39,143 bases of DNA, from assembly GCF_006345805.1 (NCBI RefSeq), contig NW_021835694.1, positions 1 through 39,143 on the forward strand, read 5' to 3'. The position numbers and the translations under genes were made by a program. The DNA comes from Octopus sinensis (taxonomy: Eukaryota). Under the pieces are notes generated by a model. It ran no database searches and was not told the DNA's origin. It saw only the letters and a list, made by a program, of their open reading frames with translations. Below are positions 13,455 through 26,395 of this stretch, piece by piece; position 1 is the stretch's first letter; every line of letters starts with the position of its first letter.

Positions 13455-14364
13455 CAGCGCCACCACCAACACCACAACAACAACCACCACCACCACAACC
13501 ATCGCAACAACAACAACCACCACCACCACAACCACAGCAACAGCAACAACAGCAACCACAACCTCAACCACTGCAACTACCGCCACCATCACAACCACCG
13601 CAACTACCAACACCACCATAACTACCGCAATTACCACCACCACCACCACAACACCGCAACAACAACAACCACCACTACAGCCACCTCAACTACCACCACA
13701 GCAACAACAGCAACCACCTAAACCACCGCAACTACCGCCACCATCACAACCACCGCAACTACCAACACCACCACAACCACCGCAATTACCACCACCACCA
13801 CAACCACCGCAACAACAACAACCACCACCACAGCCACCTCAACTACCACCGCAGCAACAACAGCAACCACCTAAACCACCGCAACTACCACCACCGCCGC
13901 AACCACTGCAACTTCCAGCGCAACAACAACAACCACCACCACAATCACCATCATATCTAGGATTTCATCACCTGCACAGCTCCCCTCTGCACCACCTCCG
14001 CTAAACGTAGATCAACACTCATCCACACAAGTGCCGCTTAGAATATTGATAATTATCATCGCCAGCATTTTTTAACACCACTGCCACCACCATCACAATT
14101 GTCATAACTATCCTCGTCATTACACATCACCACTAATGGTTACGATGGCCAACAACACCGTGCCCACCACTAGCGACACCCTTACCAAAAATCCAGCAAC
14201 ACCTTCTACTCTACAGCACCAGCATCGCAACCATCACAATCACCACTACCACAACTACCATCACAACCACAACCACCAGCACCACAACCACCAACACCAC
14301 ATCCACCAACACCACAACCACCAACACCACATCCACCAACACCACAACCACCACAGCCACCAGC
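13455..14364. repeat. (ACC/ACA)n low-complexity tract with internal ~153-bp duplication
   Basis: 'ccacctcaactaccacc.cagcaacaacagcaaccacctaaacc' at 13681 and 13834. Confidence 0.8.
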
Positions 14365-14930
14365 TATTATATCAATACCATGTGATTCTGCATTTGCACC
14401 AAGTTCTTCTAGACGGCTGAGAGAACTGAGGGTGTGGGCATTGAAAGTGCTGAGTATCGTATGATTTTTACAGCTGAGGAGGTGTTTGTTTGGTGTTGTT
14501 TGATTGGGAGCTGACTCTTCTCCATCAGGTGATACCCGTCTGTTAAGATTGGGGGCATCACCGTCAATGGATGCCCTTGGAGGTGCAACGTGATCAGAGA
14601 CAGGACCCGGCAAAGCAGGGGCTGGACCTACATCCGCAGGTATACCATTAGGTCTGGTTCCCTGGGGAAGAGGAACCCTGGTGCAGTTATTTGTAAATTC
14701 CATAGTCTTTTCAAATGGCTAATAATGTGTGCACGCGTCACTACTACACACTCTTCTGGAAGCCATCTACTCGCAATACCAGAGGGTGCACACTCTCCTA
14801 CCCTGATGGAATCTCCAGGGATACAGGCATCCAGCAACAGGACCTCCTTAATGCTATGATGGACCGTGAAGTCTGGCGTAGCATGGTAAATTCCATTGTC
14901 TCGACCACGGTCGAACAATGATGATGATGA
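14365..14930. mobile_element. RTE-clade LINE insertion with inverted 5' segment, large internal deletion and 11-bp TSD
   Basis: Minus strand 14365-14703 encodes an ORF start into an APE N-terminus (ILSTFNAHTL...LEEL...GIDIIA). Plus strand 14750-14921 encodes an RTE-like C-terminus (LFWKP...AMMDREVWR) followed by (TGA)n. CAGCCACCAGC at 14354-14364 and 14931-14941. Confidence 0.85.
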
Positions 14931-15312
14931 CAGCCACCAGCACTACAACCACCACAGTCACAATAATCACAACCACCACCACCATAACAAATAACTCCAA
15001 CACCATAAATACTACCCCACAGCCATCACACCCACCATCACCACCATCACCATCAATACAAAAATGGTATTAGCAACCGCCGGGTTACAGAACCACACCA
15101 GATCTCATGCACACACACACGCGCGCGTACAAATTACATACACATGCAAAAGCACATACGTATAAACATACATACACACACATATAAAAATCATACACGC
15201 ACACACACATACAAAAGAACACACCTATTAACACACCTGTACACACACATACAAAAAACACACACACATTCAAAAATACACACATATAAACATACATATT
15301 CACACATACTCT

Positions 15313-15717
15313 CTTTTCTCATTTTACTTGTTTCAGTCATTTGACTGCGGCCATGCTGGAGCACCACCTTTAATCGAGCAACTCGACCCCGGGACTTATT
15401 CTTTGTAAGCCCAGTACTTATTCTATCGGTCTCTTTTTGCCGAACCGCTAAGTGACGGGAACATAAACACACCAGCATCGGTTGTCAAGCAATGCTAGGG
15501 GGACAAACACAGACACACAAACACACACAAACATACATATATATATACATATATACGACGGGCTTCTTTCAGTTTCCGCCTACCAAATCCACTCACAAGG
15601 CTTTGTTCGGCCCGAGGCTATAGTAGAAGACACTTGCCCAAGGTGCCACGCACTGGGACTGAACCCGGAACCATGTGGTTGGTAAACAAGCTACTTACCA
15701 CGCACAGCCACTCCTGC
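15313..15717 (-). mobile_element. SINE family A, full length
   Basis: Reverse complement of the 4811-type element, with head and tail intact. Confidence 0.92.
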
Positions 15718-16367
15718 ATACAAAAGCACGCATACAAAAGCACACACGTACAAAAAATATACACACATACATACAAAAGCACACACACATATAAACATAC
15801 TTATAAACACATACACACACATAAACACATACAAAAACATACACACATACAAAAGCACGCACGTATAAACATATATATATATACACATACACACACATAC
15901 AAAAGATATATTCACACGCATACAAAACCACACCCGTATAAACATACACATACACACATACACACACATACAAAAGCACACATGTATAAACATACATATA
16001 TATACATACATACACACGGGCGCAATACAAATACACTCAGATAAACATACGCACACATACACACACGCATATTAACAATCGGATTTACGAAAGACACACA
16101 CATATAAACATACATACATAAGCACACACACACACACACACACACAATCACACAGACACACAAATACAAACATACATAAACAGAGATAAACATGCACACA
16201 CATACGTACACACATATATACACACATGCCTACTAACAATCACACACTGAGGCACACATACAAACACACGCACATAAACATACACACAGATATGCACACG
16301 CCGGCATACATATGCATATTAATACACACACAAAGGCATGCATACATAAACATACACACATACCTAC

Positions 16368-17102
16368 GGTACTCCGTCGGTTACGACGACGAGGGTTCCA
16401 GTTGATCCGATCAACGGAACAGCCTGTTCGTGAAATTAACGTGCAAGTGGCTGAGCACTCCACAGACACGTCTACCCTTAACGTACTGCTCAGGGAGATT
16501 CAGCGATGACACAGTGTGTGACAAGGCTGGCCCTTTGAAATACAGGGACAAAAGAAACAGGAAGAAAGAGTGAGAGAAACTTGTGGTGAATCACCCGCTG
16601 CCGGAGCCTCGTGGAGCTTTAGGTGTTTTCGCTCAATAAACACTCAAAACGCCTGGTCTGGGAATCGAAATTTTGTGATCCTATGACCGCGAGCCCGCTG
16701 CCCTAATCACTGGGCCATTGTGCCTCCATAAGGAGCATTCCGTCGGTTACGATGACGAGGGTCCCTGTTGATCCGATCAACGGAACAGCCTGCTCGTGAA
16801 ATTAACGTGCAAATAGCTGAGCACCCCACAGACACGTGTACCCTTAACGTAGTTCTCGGGAAGATTCAGCGTAACACAGAATGTGACAAGGTTGGTCCCT
16901 TTGAAATACAGGTACAACAGAAACAAGAAGAAAGAGTGAGTGGTGAAAGACTACAGCAGGGTTCAACACCACCCCCTGCTTGAGCCTCGTGGAGCTTTAG
17001 GTGTTTTCGCTCAATAAACACTCAACGCCCGGTCTGGGAATCGAAATTGTGATCCTATGACCGCGAGTTCGCTGCCCTAACCACTGGGCCATTGCGCTGC
17101 CA
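16368..17102 (-). mobile_element. Two tandem tRNA(Arg)-like SINEs (16368-16728, 16735-17102)
   Basis: Each runs from 'ctccgtcggttacga' to 'gggccattg.gc'; a third copy lies at 21428-21804. Confidence 0.88.
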
Positions 17103-17283
17103 CTCACACATACATATACACTCACACATACACACACAGCAACACCGCCACCGCCGCCTCCTCCGCCAATCGCTGGACTATTATAGCCACACGTAATCAC
17201 CGGCAAAATTTACACCGTTAGAAAACAAGGAAAAAAAAACGAAGAAGAAAACTAAAGAATATAAAGTCTTCTCCCTACAAACA

Positions 17284-17337
<54 letters not shown>

Positions 17338-17639
17338 ACACACACACGCACACACACAACGAAACAAATCCTTCTTCCCCTCCACTTTCTGCCAGTATGC
17401 TCAGTGAGAGAAACTATTTCTTTCGATAATTACGAATTGTCTGGATGACTGACGATGAAGCTAGGCAAATGGGAAGCGTCAGGAATAGGGATGTGTGCGG
17501 GGCCCCTTATCTTCGTTGCGTCATCTAATAAATATTTAACACCTCTTTTCTCCCATTTCATGGCCTGCCCTTGGTGCTGCCGTTGTTACTGTTGTTGTTG
17601 TTGTCCTGGATTTGATGGGTGATTAACTAGCAGATGTCA

Positions 17640-17937
17640 ATAGTGGTGGTGGTGGTGGTGGTGTTAATGATGATGAGGAGGACGGTGGTAGTGGTGTTAG
17701 TGGTGATGATAATGATGGTAATGAATATGATTATGATGATGATGATGATGGTAGTGGTGGTGGTGGTGGTTGTGGTTGTGGTGATGGTGGTGGTGGTGGT
17801 GGTGGAGTTGGTGGTGGAGGTGGTGGTGGAGGTGGTGGTGACAATGATGATAATAATGATGATGATGATGATGATGATGATGATGGTAGTGATGGTGGTG
17901 GTGGAGGTGGTGGTGACAATGATGATAATAATAATGA

Positions 17938-17969
<32 letters not shown>

Positions 17970-19280
17970 TTAATGATGATGAGGAGGACGGAGGTAGTGG
18001 TGTTAGTGGTGATGATGATGATGATGGTAGTTGTAGTGGTGGTGGTGGTGGTGGTGGTGGTGGTGATGATAATGATGATGATGGTGCTGGTGCTGCTGCC
18101 GATGTTAATGATGATGAGGAGGACGGTGGTGGTGGTGCTGGTGGTGTTGTCAGTGGTGGTAGTAATGATGATGAAGCTGATGGTGATGATGATGACGATG
18201 AAGGTGGTGATGATGATGATGATGGTGGTGGTGGTGGCTGTCGTCTTCGTCGTTGTGGTGATGATGAGGATAATGACGATGGTGATGATGATGGTGATGG
18301 TAGTGGTGGCGGCGGTGGCGATGGTGACGTTGACATTTCATTCATTTCTGTTTGCTTTGGTGTCTTCTGCTTTCTTTCTTGTTCTCTGGATTGATGGCTA
18401 GACGTGGAGGATGATGATGATGATGATGATGAAGATGATGATGATGATGAGGAGGAGGAGGAGGAGGAGGAGGAGATGGATGACCTTACTGATGTTGGTG
18501 GTGTCATTCTATGTCCTACCACGCCGCCGTCTCCCTCTTCGTACACATTACATACACGCGGGCATACATACAAGCATACACACACACATACACACATATA
18601 AAGACACGCATATGTATTTCTTCCTCCTCCTTTTCGGCCTCTCGCTCATTTTCTTACTCCTCCCCCTCCCCCCCCGCCTCTTTTCCTCCTCATCCTCATC
18701 TTTCTTCGTCTCTTTTCCCCATCATCCTCTGTCTCTTTTCCTCCTCATCCTCATCCTCCTACGCCTCTTTTCCTCCTCATCCTTCTCCTCCTCTATCTCT
18801 CTTCCTCCTCTTCATCTGTCTCTTTTCCTCCTCCTCCTCCTCACCCTCCGTCTCTTTTCCTCCTCATCCTCATCTTCCTCCGTCTCTTTTCCCCATCATC
18901 CTCTGTCTCTTTTCCTTCTCATCCACATCCTCCTACGCCTCTTTTCCTCCTCATCCTTCTCCTCCTCTGTCTCTCTTCCTCCTCTTTATCTGTCTCTTTT
19001 CCTCCTCCTCCTCCTCCTCCTCCTCCTCCTCCTCCTCCGTCTCTTTTCCTCCTCATCCTCATCTTCCTCCGTCTCTTTTCCCCCTCATCCTCTGTCTCTT
19101 TTCCTCCTCATCCTCATCTTCCTCCGTCTCTTTTCCCCCTCATCCTCTGTCTCTTTTCCTCCTCATCCTTCTCCTCCTCTGTCTCTCTTCCTCCCCTTCA
19201 TCTGTATCTTTTCCTCCTCCTCCCCCTCCGTCTCTTTTCCTCCTCCTCCTCTGTCTCTTTTCTTCCTTCTTCGCCTCCAC
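17640..19280. repeat. (GGT/GAT)n tract followed by a pyrimidine-rich minisatellite with ~174-bp higher-order unit
   Basis: 'tcttttccccatcatcctctgtctcttttcc' near 18711 and 18885. Confidence 0.85.
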
Positions 19281-19605
19281 TACAGTTTAATACTTGCTTG
19301 TTCTCATCGTTGTTTCTTTGTTATTTTCCTTTTGTTTTTGGTGATTTTGTAATTCATTGCGTTTTCTTTTATATTTCGTTTTTTTTTTCCTAATCTTTTA
19401 TTTATTTCTGCGGTTGTCTTGCTTTTGTTGATATATTTATATACATACATACACGCGTACACACATGCAGACATACACACATACATACACACACATATAT
19501 ATATGCGTGTATGTATGAATGTATATGGAGTGTATGTATGTATGTATATAAGAATGAATTATATATATATGTATGTATGTATGTGTGTGTGTGTATGTGT
19601 ATATA

Positions 19606-19641
<36 letters not shown>

Positions 19642-19707
19642 TGTATGTATGTATGTATGTATGTATGTGTTTGTGAAATGCGTGGGGAGCATGTAGATAT
19701 ATGTATA

Positions 19708-19746
<39 letters not shown>

Positions 19747-20297
19747 TATTATAATATATATATATATATATATATATGGGTGTTGTTTATATATATATTG
19801 TTCTTTGCCTTCATTTGACTAAGTGGGTTTTCTGTTAATGATTCTAGCGCGGCGCAAACGACCGTGAAACACAGAAGCAGATTTAATCGCTTCGGAAAAC
19901 ACAACAGAACGTTTTGTTTTTGTGTCTTGTTTTTGTTTTGTTTTTTTTTAATCAAAAATAAAACAAATGAAATCTCAAAAACCAAAAACAAAGAAATAAT
20001 ACACAACAAAAGGACAAACGGAAATGAAAATAAGAAGAATTAAATAGAATCCTACCCTGCCCATCCCCAACACCACCCCAAAAATTTGTAAGAAGAAGAA
20101 AGAAATTCGTGAGAAGTATAAATAAATATATATGTAAATATTTAAATGAATAGATAAAGGGTAACGTGGTCCGCGCCCCACCTCGCAGCACGTACGTGCC
20201 ACTACGATTTTCTTTAATTAAACTCTGCCATCTATCTGCTTAGACCTACGATATATAGCAACTACGCCAACATCAACAACAACAACAACAACAAGTC

Positions 20298-20655
20298 TGG
20301 AGGCGCAATGGCCTAGTGATTAGGGCAGCGGACTCGCGGTCGTAAAAACGCGGTTTCGATTCCCAGACCGGTCATTGTGAGTGTTTATTGTCGACCTCGG
20401 TAGAGAGCTCGAAGAAATATCACTAAGCATTTCGCCTGGCGTGCAAAAGATTCTTCCGGCTCGCTGCAATAATAATAATAATAATAATAATGATAATAAT
20501 GATAATAATGATAATAATAATCCTTTCTACTCTAGACACGAGGCCTGAAATTTTGGTGGCGGGCGCTAGTCTACTACATCGACCCCAGCACGCAACTAGT
20601 ACTTAGTTTATCAACACCGAAAGGCTGAAAGGCAAAGTCCACTGCGGCGGAATTT
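20298..20655. mobile_element. Cluster of SINE fragments: Arg-like head (+, 20298-20390) and Nin-domain-like pieces (-, 20391-20468 and 20520-20655)
   Basis: A/B boxes on the plus strand; reverse complement 'ctttgcctttcagcctttcggtgttgataaactaagtactag' resembles the Nin domain. Confidence 0.65.
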
Positions 20656-21245
20656 TACATCTGCTCAATTGAATCATATTTCTTTGTCCTCTGAATTTCT
20701 TAACATTATCCATTTCCGTGTCTTCCCAGCTTAATAAATTCCATCATATGATTTATACTGAATTTCATTTGCAGTAATGAGCTCAGATGTTTAAACATTA
20801 CATTTATGTTCAATGATTTGAAATTGTGACAATGTAAGCTCATATATTAATACTAACCATCAAAAGAATGAGCGGCTTACAGACCGCTTTTCCTATATGC
20901 CTTTAACTCATCAATAACCATTAATCTATCCTCAGCGTGCTTCGTAATCGCAACACCACCGTTCCAGAATATCTTTGCCCTAAATTCTTAATAGGTTTCC
21001 TCCATAAATTTTGGCATAATCTCTCCTCATGTTGTATATTTTACTTCCTTCAGTACATCCTTAAAAAATATCAAACTAAGCGACATTTTGGTTTTAAACC
21101 CTTGACCTCGTCATCAGCACATCCCGCCATAAAAGCTCACCTGTGTGGTCTGCTGATCTACAGGTGAAAGGCTCAAGTCATTCACGAAGGCTTTTTTGAC
21201 TTTAAAACTCTTCGTTACCAGATATTTTTAAAGTTTATTACAGAT

Positions 21246-22061
21246 GGGTGCAGGCGTGGCTGTATGGTAAGTAGCTTGCTTCCCAACCACATGGTTCCGG
21301 GTTCAGTCCTACTACGACGCACCTCGGGCAAGTGGTTTCTACTATAGCCTCGAGCTGACTAAAGCCTTGTGAGTGGATTTGGTAGACGGAAACTGAAAGC
21401 ACGTCGTATATATATGGTGGGGTGACTGGCACTCCGTCGGTTACGACGACGAGTGTTCCAGTTGATCCGATTAACAGAACAGCCTGCTCGTGAAATTAAC
21501 GTGCAAGTGGCTGAGCACTCCACAGAACGTGTACCCCTAAAGTAGTTCTCGGGGTGATTCAGCGTGACAGAAAGCGTGACAAAGCTGGCCCTTTGAAATA
21601 CAGGTACTACAGAAACAGTAAGAAAGAGTGAGAGAAAGTTGTGGTGAAAGAGTACAGCAGGGTTCACCACCACCCCCTGACGGAGCTTCGTGGAGCTTTA
21701 GGTGTTTTCGCTCAATAAACACTCACAATACTCGGTCTGGGAATCGAAACAGTGATCCTAAGACCGCGAGTTTGCAGCCCTAACCGCTGAGCCATTGCGC
21801 CTCCGAAATAATAAATAAATGCGCTCTTTTAAAGCCTAGCCCAGCTCATGGGCTCATTTTTCCGGTTTCAATGGCGTATGTATTCCCCAGCTGGACGGAA
21901 CGCCAGTCTATTGCAGCGTTACTCGTTTTTGCCAGCTGAGTGGACTGGAGCAACGTGAAATGAAGTGTTTTCCTCAAGAACACAGCTCATCGCCCGGTCC
22001 AGGAATCGAAACCACAATCTCATGATGCTGACACCCTAACCACTAAGCCACGCGCCTCCAC
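21246..22061. mobile_element. SINE cluster: family A head (+, 21246-21412), Arg-like SINE (-, 21428-21804), CORE-like+Meta-like SINE (-, 21806-22061)
   Basis: Direct similarity to other copies in the window; A/B boxes present. Confidence 0.85.
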
Positions 22062-22081
22062 ACACACACACACATATATAC

Positions 22082-22112
<31 letters not shown>

Positions 22113-22115
22113 ATA

Positions 22116-22633
22116 CTAGCAGTATCGCCCGGCGTTGCTCGGGTTTGTAAGGGAAATAACTATAGAAGCATTTTTAGAGAGTTATAGCAAGAAAATGCAT
22201 TAAAAATGGAATAAAAAATTATGATAATTTTTTTTTTAAATCGTTGACTCAATGTCTTCAAGCCATGAAGTCGTTGTTCTCCTTGACAACGCTTTACGAC
22301 GTTGATTTCCTTACACTCCCTTCCCCACAGCTTCACGAGGGAGGGAAGAAGGGGGAGAAGCAAACAGATGCAGGTGTGACCATGGACGCCAACTCCGCCG
22401 CCATCGACATACGAAAAATTATGCATTAAAATGGAATAAAAAATGATGTTAAATTATTTTTAAAATCGTAGACTCATCGTAGACGCGCGCTAATACCCAG
22501 ACGGGCTCGATATGAATCACGGCTATAAGATACCCGAATTTGGTTAAACTGCACCGCAAAATGTGGGAGTAGTTAGGAATCTAAATCGAAGGGGACAGAC
22601 ACTCACACAACTACAGTTTTACATATATATAGA
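22116..22633 (-). mobile_element. Complete non-autonomous Helitron (518 bp)
   Basis: Reverse complement starts TC(TATATATATGTAAAACTGTAG) and ends with hairpin CCCGAGCAACGCCGGG + CGATACTG + CTAG. Inserted between A and T in (TA)n with no TSD. Confidence 0.9.
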
Positions 22634-22640
22634 TATATAT

Positions 22641-22736
<96 letters not shown>

Positions 22737-22771
22737 TATATATATATATATCTATATATATATATATATAT

Positions 22772-22865
<94 letters not shown>

Positions 22866-22868
22866 ATA

Positions 22869-22935
22869 TAGCTTAAAGAGTAGAGCACTCCAACCGGATA
22901 TTGGAGGGGTGTGAGTTCGATCCTCATGGCTAAGG
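22869..22935 (+). other. tRNA-like fragment (possible Pol III head)
   Basis: TAGCTTAAAGAGTAGAGC, stem CTCCAA-7 nt-TTGGAG, T arm GTGAG-TTCGATC-CTCAT; no complete acceptor stem. Confidence 0.55.
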
Positions 22936-23007
22936 ATTTTATCCTTTATATATACTGTTCAGTATTTACGTGTTGAACAAAAATATCTTCCTACTTGTTC
23001 AATATAG

Positions 23008-23076
<69 letters not shown>

Positions 23077-23077
23077 C

Positions 23078-23272
23078 TCTGTTGTGTCTGGGGAGAGTCA
23101 TTTTCTTTTTGTGCCTTATAATGCAACACACTCACCGGTAAAATTTCCACTTATTTCTTATTTTTATTTTCCTAAAATTTTCGTTGCCTGTTGCAACCTT
23201 TTCAATAGTCTTGACTCTGTCCGTTATTTACATTGTGTTCCCTTTTGTTTGTTTGTGCGCATGTGTGTGGAT

Positions 23273-23323
<51 letters not shown>

Positions 23324-23938
23324 AAGACTATTGAAAAGGTTGCAAGACGCAACGAAAATTTTAGGGAAATAAAAATAAGAAATAAGTGGAAATTTTACCG
23401 GTGAGTGTGTTACATTATAAGGCACAAAAAGTAAATGACTCTCCCCAGACACAACAGAATATGCTTCAACACACGAACTCATATAAAGAATCTTGCAAAC
23501 CAAATCCAAAAATGAAATGGATATATATATGTGTGTGTGTGTATGTGTGTGTGTGTGCGCGCGCGTGTGTGTGTGTGTGTGTTGTGTGTGTGCGTGTGGT
23601 GTGTGTGTGTGTGTGGTGGTGTGTGTGTTGTCAAGACTATTGAAAAGGTTGCAAGACGCAACGAAAATTTTAGGGAAATAAAAATAAGAAATAAGTGGAA
23701 ATTTTACCGGTGAGTGTGTTACATTATAAGGCACAAAAAGTAAATGACTCTCCCCAGACACAACAGAATATGCTTCAACACACGAACTCATATAAAGAAT
23801 CTTGCAAACCAAATCCAAAAATGAAATGGATATATATATGTGTGTGTGTGTATGTGTGTGTGTGTGCGCGCGCGTGTGTGTGTGTGTGTTGTGTGTGTGC
23901 GTGTGTGTGTGTGTGTGTTTGTGTGTCTGTTTTTGTTC
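23078..23938. mobile_element. Inverted-repeat hammerhead-like element (arms 23078-23215 and 23321-23458) plus 309-bp tandem duplication of the right arm
   Basis: Arms are reverse complements; 'gtcaagactattgaaaagg' recurs at 23321 and 23630. Confidence 0.8.
23328..23364 (+). ncRNA. Minimal hammerhead-like motif with U3-A8 core (also 23637-23673, and minus strand ~23172-23208)
   Basis: CUA UUGAAAA G GUUGC-aagac-GCAAC GAAA AU UU UAG: perfect stem II, palindromic AAUU stem III, 3-bp stem I. Confidence 0.6.
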
Positions 23939-24200
23939 CACCACCACCACCATCGTTTGACAACCGATGTTGGTATGTTAACATGGTCGCAGTCAAATGA
24001 CTGAAACAAGTAAAAGAATAAAAGAATAAAAGAATAAAAGAATACACATGCCTGTTACTTACGTGTAAGAAAGTCCTTCCTATCGTTAGTGACGTAGTCA
24101 CTGACTTTGTTGAGTTGTGCGCCATCTTTGGAACGAATTGCCAGGTAACTTCAATGTAAGAATCATTTTTGATTTAGCCACTTTACTGACAGTGTTAAAC

Positions 24201-24455
24201 CAGTGATCCTCAGCAATTTTTAGCCTATAGACCCCTTAATTCCTATTTTACTCGTGTGGGCCCTCATAGCCATCCGATATTTAAAAAACGCTATTATATT
24301 TTTATAACTAAATATTATTAAGAATTGTGTTTAAAAAAACTGCTAAAATATTTTGTGTATTGTAGAAATAAAGCCAACATTTTGTCCATAAATTTTAACA
24401 ACAAAATCTTAGAGGGACCCCCAAAGGTCATGTGAACCCCGTTTGAGAAACTCTG
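24201..24455. mobile_element. hAT (Charlie-like) MITE
   Basis: Imperfect TIRs CAGTGATCCTCA / TGAGAAACTCTG, flanked by a perfect 8-bp TSD TGTTAAAC (24193-24200, 24456-24463). Confidence 0.85.
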
Positions 24456-25089
24456 TGTTAAACAGTACAATAAGTGCATCCCAAACTAATATTATTGAAA
24501 GGAGAATTTCCATTAGTAAGATACCATTTTAATGCCTTCAGGCCATAAGTATACATATCCGCTAATGTTGCTATATATATACTGTCGGATATAAATGGCT
24601 ATGCATTTGATAAAGTGTTTCCAGGTTACTTGTTGATAATGTGAAATTTAGATTATTTGAATTTTGTACTCTTTTACGAGGTTACCTTGTTATAGTTATT
24701 GTTGTTGACGTTGATGTTGTTTATCCTCCAAGTCATTCCTGATTCGAACAAACTTATCGCTAAAGAGCCTTCTAGCCGTGACCATCCTATTTTCTTCTTA
24801 CAACAGTGACAATGTTGCATCGCCTTCCATATCCGCCATTATCCAACCCAGTAAAGGTTCTACAATGAACTATTTATTTGAATGACTAAATTAACCATCA
24901 TCGCCACCACCACCACCACCACCACTACTAGCATAGCTATCACTCCCTTCTTTTATCTATTTATCTTTCTCTCTTTTTCACGCTGTCTCTCTCTCTCTTT
25001 CTCTGTGTTTGAATGTTATTTTTTAAAATACCACTTATCCAGTATGCTGTTGAATGTGTCTTCATCATATTTTTACGTTACCTGCTTAG

Positions 25090-25168
25090 AATTTTACCTG
25101 AAGACGGTAAATTCATGATATAATCTATGAATCTATTAATAAAGTCCTACAGAAACAGTTGTAAAATT
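25090..25168 (+). ncRNA. Hammerhead-like motif with long stem II insert
   Basis: AAUUUUAC CUGAAGA C GGUA...UACA GAAA CAG UU GUAAAAUU: perfect 8-bp stem I and inner hairpin AUUCAU/AUGAAU; first stem II pair mismatched. Confidence 0.6.
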
Positions 25169-25403
25169 GAAACCCCATCTATGTTCTTTTGTGTACCTAC
25201 GCCTCACTTAGAATCAGCCCAGAGTCAGATCTACAGTATAAACCGGATTCGGTACTTACATACCTACAGAATCCCATCAATACATGATTCTTTCATGGTT
25301 GTTTTACTTTACTGCAAACCCTTTATTATTCTACCTACCCATCTCTGGCTCCCTACGTTTTGATGCGCCTAGAGTCTAATAAATCCTATAACTATTCTAA
25401 TTA

Positions 25404-25453
<50 letters not shown>

Positions 25454-25460
25454 ATTATAA

Positions 25461-25780
25461 TTGGTGGTTGTGTCCTCCTTATGTAGAGTTTGACCACCTC
25501 TTGTACCTTAGCACTATCATGGCATCTGATGTGGCTTTTTAAACCAGACAATATTCTGAAAAGACACCCACATAGATTGTGCCTCTGATTTGGACCACCA
25601 AGACCTACAGATAAGTTCTGCTCTTTGTGGATCCTAAAATGTTTTTTGAAGCCTCCGTTGGATTTGCAAACCTTCTGGCATACACTGCATTCAAAGCTGT
25701 TCACAGATAAATATAGGCAGAATAGTTGGCAGAGGTTCGTTTTCCATGCGTTCTTCATGAAATTTTGCATACATGTTAAA
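25461..25780 (-). pseudogene. RTE-like LINE 3' fragment with two C2H2-type fingers (repeated at 26408-26725 and 27393-27710)
   Basis: [23 protein letters not shown] and [19 protein letters not shown] resemble the C-terminal fingers of RTE ORFs; ends in a short tail running into (TA)n. Confidence 0.6.
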
Positions 25781-26215
25781 CTAACATCCAGTTCAATTAT
25801 AGGGTAATTGGATTTCAATAAAAATCTATAATAAATTTATCTGCATGAAATGGTGAAGAGTATTCTGTCTAATGAGAGTCCGATTTTAATGAATGCATTT
25901 CACTCCAAATGTATTACACGCGCTGCTAATAGTTTCATGTACATGATAAGTACGTTTATCAGGCGCTGATATTTTTATGAAACCAACAAGTTTTAAAATA
26001 TATACAGGAATGGCTGCGAAGTAAGTAGCTTGCTTACCGGCCACATTGTTCTGGGTTCAGTTCTACTGCGTGGCACCTAGAGCAAGTGTCTTCTACTATA
26101 GCCTCAGGCCGACCAAAGCATTGTGAGTGGATTTGGCAGACAGAAACTGAAAGAAGCCTGTCGTATATATATACATGTATACATATACACGTATATATAT
26201 ACGTATATATTATAT

Positions 26216-26247
<32 letters not shown>

Positions 26248-26267
26248 CATACATATATATATACATA

Positions 26268-26312
<45 letters not shown>

Positions 26313-26317
26313 TATAT

Positions 26318-26395
<78 letters not shown>

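Noticed and set aside
13438-14004. Mucin-like or Pro/Gln-rich 188-aa ORF
   Set aside because: (ACC/ACA)n low complexity that changes register midway; typical microsatellite artefact.
17449-17490. CTGACGA as another hammerhead core; likewise TTGATGA...GAAAC near 37590 and GAAACGTGT near 10460
   Set aside because: No compatible stem II plus GAAA plus stem I arrangement could be drawn.
17634-19352. 255-313-aa ORFs rich in V/M/S/P/L
   Set aside because: Simple-repeat translations.
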